Part shown: piece after piece, positions 9,566 to 17,351 of the stretch
Numbering within the stretch: position 1 is the stretch's first letter
Layout: each line of letters begins with the position of its first letter
From: a bacterium
GTDB taxonomy: Bacteria; SZUA-79; Acidulodesulfobacterales; Acidulodesulfobacteraceae
DNA length: 64,000 nt
Assembly: GCA_021811805.1 (NCBI GenBank)
Contig: JAKAQA010000001.1
Coordinates: forward strand, 533 to 64,532
Direction: 5' to 3'
Position numbers and translations under genes: made by a program
Notes under the pieces: generated by a model
Told to the model about the DNA's origin: nothing
Databases searched by the model: none
What the model saw: only the letters and a program-made list of their open reading frames with translations

Positions 9566-11515
9566 TTACCTTATTATGAATATGTATATAATGAAGCAAA
9601 CAATTAACGATAAAAATAAATACCCTAAAGAAACATTTATATTTTGTGAATTAGCCGCTTTATTAAAAATTTCCGATACTTTTAAATATAATTTTTCTGC
9701 AGGAATATAAATATATTTTTCAAAAATATCATTAATTTCTTCGGTATAAACAGATTTAGACCTGAAATACTTTTTTACGTCTTTTTCAAAGTTAATCTCG
9801 GAAACTGAGGAATAAAAAGAGGAAAAAACTTTCATTATGCTTGACGAAAATCCGCCGCCGGAATACTGGGCTTTTGAATTTTTTTCGTCAAGTCCGCATG
9901 CCCATGTTTCGAATATTCTTTTTTTATCGGAAGAAAATAACTTGAGATAGAAAAATACTATCAATAAAACTGCCGCCAAAGCAATTGCTATTAAAGCCGG
10001 GGCATACAAAGAAAACGGGCGAGCGCTTATAATATGTACAGCCGAAAACGGATTTGAGTTTACCGTTCCACCCGTTAAATAAAATATAACGGCATTTAAA
10101 TTTGAAATTATTTGATAAGGATAAATTCCGATATAAATACACAAAAAAACCGGTATCGCGATTCCTATTCTTTCAATAATATTAGGTTCTATAGCATTTT
10201 CTGCATGAACCGTTCTCGGTTTACCTAAAAATGTAATCCCGAACAATTTTGTAAAAGCGGCTCCCGCTGCGGCTCCGCTTAAGGACAGAAGCGCAATGGC
10301 TATAATTGAAAAATACACCATATACAGGTTTCCCGTAAAGACCGAGCCTATCAATGAAATATATAAATACCACTCGCTTAAAAAGCCGTTTAAGGGGGGC
10401 ATGGCGGAAATGGACATTATGCCGATGAGGAACAAGATGGACAACTGCCGCATTTTTTTTGAAAGGCCGCCGAGTTTTTCCATATTTCTGGTATGCGTAT
10501 ATTTATCTATCAATCCCGAGCCCATAAACAGCGAACTTTTGCTTAAACCGTGATTTATTATATGAAGCAAAACCGCCAGCATTGCAAAGTATTCTATGGA
10601 TTTAAAATTCTCTGCCTTTGCCCAGTAGGAAATGCCAATCCCCATAAAAATTATGCCCATATTTTCAATAGTGGAAAATGCCAGCAATTTTTTTATATCC
10701 TTTTGCGCCATTGCATACATAATGCCAAGGAGCGCGGATAAAGCGCCTAAGACGAGAAGTATGATTCCAAGAAAAGGGGCGGATCCTGAACTAAAGACGA
10801 ATAAAAATTTTAAAATACCGTATATAGCCATATTTACCATAATGCCGGACATAATAGCGGATATATTGGCCGGCGCCACCGGATGGGCATAAGGGAGCCA
10901 CGTATGAAACGGCATAATGCCTGCTTTAATGGAAAATCCCGTTATTGCCGCCGCTAATATCATAATCCCGGCGGCGCCTTTATAATAGTCGAAAGAAAAG
11001 GATGAGGTTTTTAAATACAGCATAATAAAACCCGCCGTTATGAGAATAGTTCCTATATGCGTCATCAAAAAATACAAAAAACCCGCCTTCCTTGATTCCT
11101 CGCCTCCTTCATAAATAACCAAAAGAAAAGAAAAAATCGACATTAATTCCCAGAATATTAAAAAAGTCAGCATATCGTTGCTTATAGCAAGGATTATCAT
11201 AGACATTACAAAGAAAAAAGAATAGATAAACAGGGATGGTTTTTTATCGTATTTCTCTCCGTATTTTATTGAAAAAATAGAAATAAATATGGATATAGAC
11301 GATATAAATATTACGAAAAATAGGGAGAGAGCGTCAAATTTGAAAGAAAAATTTATAAAAGAGGATTGTATAATTAATTCGTTTTTAAAACCGTAAATGC
11401 TTAAAACCGTAAAAAATGCGGCGGACAAAATAGACAGACAATTAAAAAAATATCTATATATTCCTTTAAACTTAACCCACCCCCTTAATAAAAATACTCC
11501 GGCAAATAAAGTCAA
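9566..11515 (-). CDS. Antiporter-like membrane subunit (HyfB/HycC / NuoL-like), first gene of the cluster
   Basis: 649 aa with FHTWLPYAHPVAPANISAIMSGIMV. The only in-frame start is TTG at 11515, with no Shine-Dalgarno sequence. Confidence 0.8.
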   Translation of the reverse strand: MTLFAGVFLLRGWVKFKGIYRYFFNCLSILSAAFFTVLSIYGFKNELIIQSSFINFSFKFDALSLFFVIFISSISIFISIFSIKYGEKYDKKPSLFIYSFFFVMSMIILAISNDMLTFLIFWELMSIFSFLLVIYEGGEESRKAGFLYFLMTHIGTILITAGFIMLYLKTSSFSFDYYKGAAGIMILAAAITGFSIKAGIMPFHTWLPYAHPVAPANISAIMSGIMVNMAIYGILKFLFVFSSGSAPFLGIILLVLGALSALLGIMYAMAQKDIKKLLAFSTIENMGIIFMGIGISYWAKAENFKSIEYFAMLAVLLHIINHGLSKSSLFMGSGLIDKYTHTRNMEKLGGLSKKMRQLSILFLIGIMSISAMPPLNGFLSEWYLYISLIGSVFTGNLYMVYFSIIAIALLSLSGAAAGAAFTKLFGITFLGKPRTVHAENAIEPNIIERIGIAIPVFLCIYIGIYPYQIISNLNAVIFYLTGGTVNSNPFSAVHIISARPFSLYAPALIAIALAAVLLIVFFYLKLFSSDKKRIFETWACGLDEKNSKAQYSGGGFSSSIMKVFSSFYSSVSEINFEKDVKKYFRSKSVYTEEINDIFEKYIYIPAEKLYLKVSEIFNKAANSQNINVSLGYLFLSLIVCFIIYIFIIR

Positions 11516-11524
11516 AACTTTTTG

Positions 11525-11552
11525 ATTATAACAAATGTTTGAAAAATAGCAA
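11525..11552 (-). promoter_or_regulatory. Candidate sigma70-type promoter TTGCTA-16-TGtTATAAT for the membrane-complex operon
   Basis: On the minus strand the -35 TTGCTA is at 11552-11547 and the -10 TATAAT, with an upstream TG, is at 11530-11525. The -10 ends 9 nt before the TTG start. Confidence 0.35.
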
Positions 11553-11564
11553 GAAAAATTTTTA

Positions 11565-13197
11565 CCCCAAAATTGCCGATAGAAATTATTTGCTCCTATC
11601 CTGACCCCTGTTTAAGAGATTTTTTTAGGTAAAATTAATTTTTGGGACTAAAAAAAATAATTTTACTTTTTCCAAAAATTATCTTTTTAAAAAAGGGTCA
11701 TAATTCCACAATTTTATCAAAAAATAGTAGTTTTAAGACATAGTCTTCCCGCCGTTTTTCGAATATGCTAAAAATTGATACCGAAATCTATGCAAATATA
11801 AAACAGTTATCCCTCATACGTTCATAGAGTATAAGTTTATCCACGGTAGAAGCAATAAGAAGGACTAACCGCCTTCCGTGGTTTATCAGCCTGCCCGCTA
11901 TGTTAACAACGGACCATCTGATAGTTTCTATGGTTTTATTTCTAAATTCTTCGGGTAAGAGATGCAGTTTCATTATTACCGTAGTGTTATAGACTAAAAC
12001 TCCTACGGCAAAGAACAGGGCGTTTGCAAAATAATCTCCCGTAGGAATATCTTCCATGCCGAATCCTATTTTTAGCTCTTTTATTGCGTTTTCTATGGAT
12101 ACCCTTTTATTGTATTCATAGATTACTTCTTCTTTCGGGGTGTCTTGGTTAGTCGCTATAACGTGGTAGCAATAAGTATCTTGTTCAAAAAGCCCCGCCT
12201 CTTTTTTAATCCATTTAAGCGCGACTATTCTGAACGGATCTGATTTTTCCATGCAGTATATACTTTCCCCTATTAATCTGTCCGTAACAATGCCGTCCGA
12301 GGTTTTAAATTCCGACCAGTTATCTATTCTTTTAACCTGTTCTTTCATAGAAGAGGTTTTGTCGGCGGATATCGTAAAAGTAACTTTTTTTGACGTTAAA
12401 TATTCTATAACGCAGGAAGAATAGAATTCCGAATCTATGGACACGTGGGTTATTTTTTTACCGGAAAGATTTATGATATTAAATATCTCTTCTAAAACTC
12501 CTACCGTTGCGCCGGATATATTACCGTCTCTGAACTCGTGGAACAATATAATGGGAATTTCGTTTAAAGCGGCTATTATCGGTCTATAGCCTTTAAAACC
12601 CGTATACGATTTTACCGCATCGAATTTGTTTGCTTCTATCATCGTAGGATCTATAAAAAGGGTGTATTCCATATTTTTGTCTAAAGATAAAAGCCTTTTG
12701 TTTATTTCGTATATTACCTTTTTAAATCCGTTAAGACCCGTTTTGCCGAGTCTTCTTAGCCAGTCTCCGTATGTAGAAGAAGACGGGATTTTAATGCCGG
12801 CAAGCTCTGTAATGGTCGTATCGTTTATCAATTCTTTTAAATCTTCAATATGCCTGCCGCCCGAAAATAACATAAGCATTAACGGTATTATATAGAAGGA
12901 AGGCTTGTAGCCCCTGTTGGAAGCAGGAAGAGGCATATATTTGTCTATCAGTAAATCAACGTTTAGTTTTTTTAGCATTTCCGCATAAACTGCAACGCCA
13001 GACCTCGGAGTTATTTTTTCTTTCGTAATTCCCAATTTGAAATTTAATTGCATTTGTTGTAACATATTTATTAACCTCCTTTTTTATTTGTTTTTCACCT
13101 GACGGGTGAATATAATTAGCAATAATTATATCACTGAAAGACAGATAAATAAAGGAGTTTTTTAGTTTTTGGTTAAGTTTCTATCGGCAAATTACAG
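11565..13197 (-). mobile_element. Insertion sequence, IS4 superfamily (IS1380/IS701-like), about 1.63 kb
   Basis: A single transposase ORF is flanked by imperfect inverted repeats: AATTGCCGATAGAAA (11571-11585) and the reverse complement of TTTCTATCGGCAAATT (13178-13193). Exact tips are uncertain and no short target duplication was found. Confidence 0.7.
11788..13065 (-). CDS. DDE transposase (IS4 superfamily)
   Basis: 425 aa. Y-x2-R-x3-E-x6-K signature in YEYNKRVSIENAIKELK. DDE-region blocks TLFIDPTMIEA and VSIDSEFYS. Confidence 0.8.
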   Translation of the reverse strand: MLQQMQLNFKLGITKEKITPRSGVAVYAEMLKKLNVDLLIDKYMPLPASNRGYKPSFYIIPLMLMLFSGGRHIEDLKELINDTTITELAGIKIPSSSTYGDWLRRLGKTGLNGFKKVIYEINKRLLSLDKNMEYTLFIDPTMIEANKFDAVKSYTGFKGYRPIIAALNEIPIILFHEFRDGNISGATVGVLEEIFNIINLSGKKITHVSIDSEFYSSCVIEYLTSKKVTFTISADKTSSMKEQVKRIDNWSEFKTSDGIVTDRLIGESIYCMEKSDPFRIVALKWIKKEAGLFEQDTYCYHVIATNQDTPKEEVIYEYNKRVSIENAIKELKIGFGMEDIPTGDYFANALFFAVGVLVYNTTVIMKLHLLPEEFRNKTIETIRWSVVNIAGRLINHGRRLVLLIASTVDKLILYERMRDNCFIFA

Positions 13198-13217
13198 TTT
13201 ACAGAAAAATTTTTATA

Positions 13218-13387
13218 CCCAAATCCCGATTTAGGAAATATTTAATAAATTCTAATATTTCGTCATTGCGAGCGCAGCTAACCAATCTAAAACGAGATTG
13301 GTTAGCTGCGCTGGACTTCGTCCGCTGCGCTCGCAATGACATTATTAAGTAATCATATATAAATATTTTCAAAATCGGGATTTGGGG
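13218..13387. mobile_element. MITE-like palindromic element, copy A (GTCATTGCGAGCGCAGC hairpin cargo)
   Basis: Terminal inverted repeats CCCAAATCCCGATTTAGGAAATATTTA and TAAATATTTTCAAAATCGGGATTTGGGG. Nested internal hairpins at 13262-13340. Flanked by TTATA at 13213-13217 and 13388-13392. Confidence 0.75.
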
Positions 13388-15445
13388 TTATATTTTTTTA
13401 ACTTCTACCGAAGTCGAGAAAAATGTGGCGCCGCCGCCGATATCCGATAAATCGTCCGGCGTCAAAGCATTTACTCCCGAACCGTTTATATAATCGTCTT
13501 TCCACCATAAACCTGCAGAAACGACCACGCCGGGCAGTATGGAATCCAAAACCTTTGCTTTTATAGATACGCAACCGCGCTCGTTTTCAATCTTTACCGA
13601 ATCTCCATCGCTTATTTCCCTGTCTTCGGCATCCTTCGGATTAATTTCCAGAAAAGGCTCATGCGCTTTGACTTTTAGAGAGGAAACCCCTGCAAAAGAA
13701 GAATTTAAAAAATAGTGATTTGGCGGCGTAACGAGGATTAACGGAAAATCGGTTTCAGGCCGTGAACCCCCGTTTACATTGCCATGACTTAATATGCGCT
13801 CTTTTATAGGCTTGTAATCCGGTATATTTAAAAGTCCGCATAATGCGGCTTTTTCGCTCTTAAACTCGATTTGGCCTGAAGGCGTTGAGAGTTTCCTCCA
13901 TTCAAACGGGCAATCCCCCGTATTTATCATAATAAATCTTTCTTTTTTGAGCCTATCTAACGTTATCCCCTTTTCTTTCCAGTAAGGAATGTCTAATGCC
14001 TGACGCGCAATATCTTCTTCCGTATCTAAAAAACATTCGTCGGCGTAACCTAAAGAACGGGCAATGAGCTTAAATACGTCTATATTCGGTTTGGCTTCGC
14101 CTGCTCTCGGAATTACGGGGTCTGCCCATTGAAGCGAGGTATGCCAGTAGCTTACGTAAAGATCTGCATGTTCAAAACTCACGGTAGCGGGAAGTATAAT
14201 ATCCGCCCATTTTGCGGTATCGGTCATAGCCTGTTCATGAACTACGGTAAAAAGGTCTTCCCTTGCAAGCCCTTTAATGACCAAGTTTTGATTAGGAGCT
14301 ACTACGGCAGGGTTGCTGTTGTAAACATAGAGCGACCTTAAAGGAGGTTCAAGTTCGCACAGAGCTTTTCCAAGCTGAACCATATTTACCGTTCTGACCG
14401 GATTTTTAATTAAATCCGGTCTTTTTAAAGCATCCTCGTTTAAAGGGAAATATCCCGAATTAGATTTTAACGCCCCTCCGCCTTTGTCCAACCATGCTCC
14501 TGTTAATGCCGGCAATAAAGAAATCAACCATGTATTTACGCCGCCGTTTTTATGGTGCTGAAGACCGTTTCCTATTCTTAAAAAACTCGGCTTTGTTTCG
14601 GCGTAAAGCTTTGCCATGCCTTCTATGCGCTCTTTTGAAAGACCTGTAAGACCTGCAACTCTTTCGGGCGGATATTCCATTGCTTTTTTACGAAATTCGT
14701 CAAACCCGTATGAATATTTCTCTAAAAATGCTTTATCTGCCAAATGATCCCTTGATATAATATAAGCTATGCCCAAAGCCAGCGCGCCATCCGAACCGGG
14801 TAGAATCATGTAAAAATCGTCCGCCCACTTTGCCGTTTTATTCCGGTGAACATCTATGGCTATGATTTTAGCTCCGTTTTTGCGGGCCGCATCCGCCAAA
14901 ACAGCATGGTGCATATTTGTTTCTAACGCATTTATCCCCCAGAATATAATTAATTTAGAATTAGCCGTATCTAAAGGATTTACGCCTTTAGACGCGCCGT
15001 AAGCCAGCTGATAGCCTAAACTTCCTGCCGCCGAACAGATAGTGCGGTCAAGAGCCGTAGCGCCTATTTTATTAAAAAGACGCCTGTCCATACTAGATTT
15101 GTTAATTATTCCTTCCGTTCCGCCGTAAGAATAAGGCATAATGCTTTCGGAACCATATTTCGAAATAAGCTCTCTCCAGCGCCCGGCAATTTCATCTATA
15201 GCGCCGTCCCAGCTTATTCTCTCAAATTTACCGCTCCCTTTTTTTCCGGTTCTGCGCATAGGATAAAGTATCCGGTTTTCGCAAATACGTTCGGGATATG
15301 CCCTGACTTTTTCGCAAATGATCCCGCGGGTTACGGGATGCGAAGAATCGCCTCCTACTTTAACTATCATCCCATTTTCTACCTCTACTTTCAAAGCACA
15401 GGTATCGGGACAGTCGTGCGGGCAGACGGAATATTTTACTTCCAT
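13388..15445 (-). CDS. Molybdopterin-dependent oxidoreductase, MopB superfamily, cytoplasmic (no Tat signal); substrate unknown
   Basis: 685 aa. N-terminal 4Fe-4S pattern CPHDCPDTC...C. Typical MopB blocks (IIFWGINALETN, IIAIDVHRN). C-terminal beta-barrel domain (GDSVKIENERG). Confidence 0.75.
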   Translation of the reverse strand: MEVKYSVCPHDCPDTCALKVEVENGMIVKVGGDSSHPVTRGIICEKVRAYPERICENRILYPMRRTGKKGSGKFERISWDGAIDEIAGRWRELISKYGSESIMPYSYGGTEGIINKSSMDRRLFNKIGATALDRTICSAAGSLGYQLAYGASKGVNPLDTANSKLIIFWGINALETNMHHAVLADAARKNGAKIIAIDVHRNKTAKWADDFYMILPGSDGALALGIAYIISRDHLADKAFLEKYSYGFDEFRKKAMEYPPERVAGLTGLSKERIEGMAKLYAETKPSFLRIGNGLQHHKNGGVNTWLISLLPALTGAWLDKGGGALKSNSGYFPLNEDALKRPDLIKNPVRTVNMVQLGKALCELEPPLRSLYVYNSNPAVVAPNQNLVIKGLAREDLFTVVHEQAMTDTAKWADIILPATVSFEHADLYVSYWHTSLQWADPVIPRAGEAKPNIDVFKLIARSLGYADECFLDTEEDIARQALDIPYWKEKGITLDRLKKERFIMINTGDCPFEWRKLSTPSGQIEFKSEKAALCGLLNIPDYKPIKERILSHGNVNGGSRPETDFPLILVTPPNHYFLNSSFAGVSSLKVKAHEPFLEINPKDAEDREISDGDSVKIENERGCVSIKAKVLDSILPGVVVSAGLWWKDDYINGSGVNALTPDDLSDIGGGATFFSTSVEVKKI

Positions 15446-15464
15446 TTATTTAAACCCTCTTGCC

Positions 15465-15674
15465 TTAATGGATCCTTGAAAACCCGATAATTACCAATAT
15501 AATCATGGCAAGTATATAAATTCTCAAAAACCAGAAAGCTATTTGAATCCATCCTTTAACGCTGGCTCTTTCTACGGGAATTTTGTTATAATCTACCAAA
15601 CCTTCTTCTTTGATAAAATCTTCCCAGTCCTCGTCGAGATTTACCTTTTTTGAAATCTTATCTTCTATTTTCAT
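15465..15674 (-). CDS. Small protein with an acidic N-terminus and one C-terminal TM helix; function unknown
   Basis: 69-aa ORF packed between the Nramp-like and MopB genes on the same strand. TM segment IQIAFWFLRIYILAMIILVIIGF. No family recognised. Confidence 0.4.
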   Translation of the reverse strand: MKIEDKISKKVNLDEDWEDFIKEEGLVDYNKIPVERASVKGWIQIAFWFLRIYILAMIILVIIGFSRIH

Positions 15675-15706
15675 TTTTTTTTGCCCCGCATAATTTAAGA
15701 ATTATA

Positions 15707-17053
15707 TTATCCGAATATATGCGGAAAAACCACAGTCAATCCGTATATTCCGTTCATAATTATCAAAAATCCTACTATGGTAAACGCGGATATATTCTGC
15801 CACGGTTTATTCACATGGACTCCCATTATCTCTTTATCGTTTAAAAGCAGCAGTAAAAACATCATTGCCGCAGGCATAAAAATAGTGGCGACGACCTGAA
15901 CGGTTAAATTTAAAAACCCGAGCGGGGCATTCGGAATCAAAACTATTCCTCCGGCTATCAACAGGCTTATAATTCCCGGCAGGTAAAACTTCCAGCCCTG
16001 CAAAGGCGGCATATTAATGCTCTTAGGCCATCCGAACGCTTCGCCCATAGCCCATGAGGTGCTTGCCGAAATTGCAATGGCCGCAATAAGTCCGCCTTCT
16101 ACGAGACCTATGGCAAAAAGCCTCATTGCCAGCGGTCCCATTTTTGCCGATACGGCAGAAAGTATAGTCTGTATATCTAAATTAGGAGTATGGGTAAAAC
16201 CGAAAACCGTTCCCGCCGCAATCAGGATAATCGCTATGGCAACGACTACCATAAAAAAAGAACCTATAAATGTATCTATCTGTCCGTCTCTTATATCCTT
16301 TACGGTAAGTCCTTTATCTACAACGGACGACTGCTGGAAAAAAAGCATCCACGGCGCTATCGTGGTTCCCAAATTTGCCAAAACTACATATATAAAAAGG
16401 GAATTTACTCCCCCCGGTATATGCCACGATACAAAACTTCTCGCAACAGCTCCCCAGTGAAGATGGGGAATAAAAAATACTAAAGGAACGAATATTAAAT
16501 TAAATGCCGCAATACTTAAACTAATCCATTCCCATGTAAAATAGCGCAAAAAAAGCTGGATAGAAGCTATAACGGCAATTGCGGTTACGGATGAAACTAT
16601 AGAAGATATTCCGAAAACCTGCATCCCAAGGGTTATTCCGATAAACTCGGTTATTAAGGTCAGCACGTTTGCGACAACAAGGTCTATCAAAGAAAATGCG
16701 CCCCAGAATTTTCCGTATCTTTTCCATATCATTTCGGCATGCCCTCTGTGCGTGACGGCGCCGAGCCTCACCGTCATCTCCTGAACGATATATGCGACCG
16801 GAAGCATTATTATCATAAAAGGTATAAAAAAACCGATACCGAATATCGAGCCTGTCTGCGCATACGTCATAACGCCGCCGGCATCGTTATCGGCAATCAT
16901 AACGAGTATTCCCGGGCCTATCAGCGCCATTAAAAGGCACAGGCGCGAAAAATACCCGTATTTCTGCCTCATAAGATGGATTTTAAGCCTGTCCGCGGCT
17001 CTTAGTTTTATATCTACGGGAAGATTTTCAAGCTTATCTTTATAATCTTGCAT
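15707..17053 (-). CDS. Nramp/SLC11-family transporter, Nramp-related Mg-type (NRMT-like) motif variant
   Basis: 448 aa polytopic protein. TM1 motif is DAGG (ADNDAGGV, nt 16874-16885) instead of DPGN. TM6 motif is GTTIAPW instead of G-A-x-x-M-P-H. SD AAGGAG precedes the ATG. Confidence 0.75.
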   Translation of the reverse strand: MQDYKDKLENLPVDIKLRAADRLKIHLMRQKYGYFSRLCLLMALIGPGILVMIADNDAGGVMTYAQTGSIFGIGFFIPFMIIMLPVAYIVQEMTVRLGAVTHRGHAEMIWKRYGKFWGAFSLIDLVVANVLTLITEFIGITLGMQVFGISSIVSSVTAIAVIASIQLFLRYFTWEWISLSIAAFNLIFVPLVFFIPHLHWGAVARSFVSWHIPGGVNSLFIYVVLANLGTTIAPWMLFFQQSSVVDKGLTVKDIRDGQIDTFIGSFFMVVVAIAIILIAAGTVFGFTHTPNLDIQTILSAVSAKMGPLAMRLFAIGLVEGGLIAAIAISASTSWAMGEAFGWPKSINMPPLQGWKFYLPGIISLLIAGGIVLIPNAPLGFLNLTVQVVATIFMPAAMMFLLLLLNDKEIMGVHVNKPWQNISAFTIVGFLIIMNGIYGLTVVFPHIFG

Positions 17054-17287
17054 TTTCTGTCTCCTTCTTAATAAATAGCTTTAACTATTTATCGGAAAGA
17101 GAAGAATATTAAAAAGGCTATATGAAGAGGGAATTATCGGCGGAGAATTTGTTTGCTTTATTTAATATTAAACTCTTTAATAATGAGTTAAAGCTGTCTT
17201 CGGTTTTTGTTAAATAATAGTTGCTACTGTCCGGTTCACTTCGCATAAATAATCTCCTGTTAAATTTAAATTAAATATATTAATAAA

Positions 17288-17316
17288 AGTATGCTATTTT
17301 AAAAAAAATATGTCAA
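17288..17316 (-). promoter_or_regulatory. Candidate promoter TTGACA-17-CATACT upstream of the Nramp-like gene (about 230-nt leader)
   Basis: Perfect -35 TTGACA (minus strand, 17316-17311). After a 17-nt spacer, a 4/6 -10 at 17293-17288. Confidence 0.4.
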
Positions 17317-17318
17317 GG

Positions 17319-17342
17319 AAAATGTTTCACGGGAAACATTTT
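17319..17342 (-). terminator. Perfect 10-bp stem / 4-nt loop hairpin just downstream of mnmG (candidate intrinsic terminator)
   Basis: AAAATGTTTC-ACGG-GAAACATTTT, 10 nt after the mnmG stop. The U-run is part of the stem and no further U-tract follows. Confidence 0.45.
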
Positions 17343-17351
17343 TAAATTTAG

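Noticed and set aside
11565-13197. A short target-site duplication for the IS.
   Set aside because: Sequences immediately outside the inverted-repeat cores (..TACCCC / ACAGT..) do not match. Only the longer ~21-nt similarity described in the findings is present, so the exact IS boundaries remain uncertain.
13218-13387. Repeated GC-rich palindromes at 13.2, 45.2, 47.5 and 55.1 kb as a possible CRISPR array or REP cluster.
   Set aside because: The copies are single and dispersed rather than regularly spaced with spacers. They have long terminal inverted repeats and target duplications, and no cas genes are present. They are interpreted as MITE-like elements.
16017-16460. Numerous 60-170-aa ORFs in the track that lie antisense to or out of frame within long well-supported genes. 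Examples: 16017-16460, 25519-26022, 40702-40965, 43341-43691, 49919-50284, 60975-61316, 62945-63304.
   Set aside because: Each is fully embedded in a gene with strong family motifs on the other strand or frame. Their translations are low-complexity (Ser/Pro/Phe/Ile-rich), and none has a convincing SD sequence. They are treated as spurious.
17118-17246. 42-codon ORF (MRSEPDSSNYYLTKTED...) with an AGGAG SD in the leader of the Nramp-like gene.
   Set aside because: It has no recognisable family, sits in an AT-rich region where such ORFs arise by chance, and conservation cannot be tested here. It is noted only as a possible leader peptide.
17054-17351. M-box or yybP-ykoY metal riboswitch upstream of the Nramp-like gene.
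   Set aside because: I could not recognise the conserved cores of either class by eye. A covariance-model scan is needed, so no RNA feature is called.
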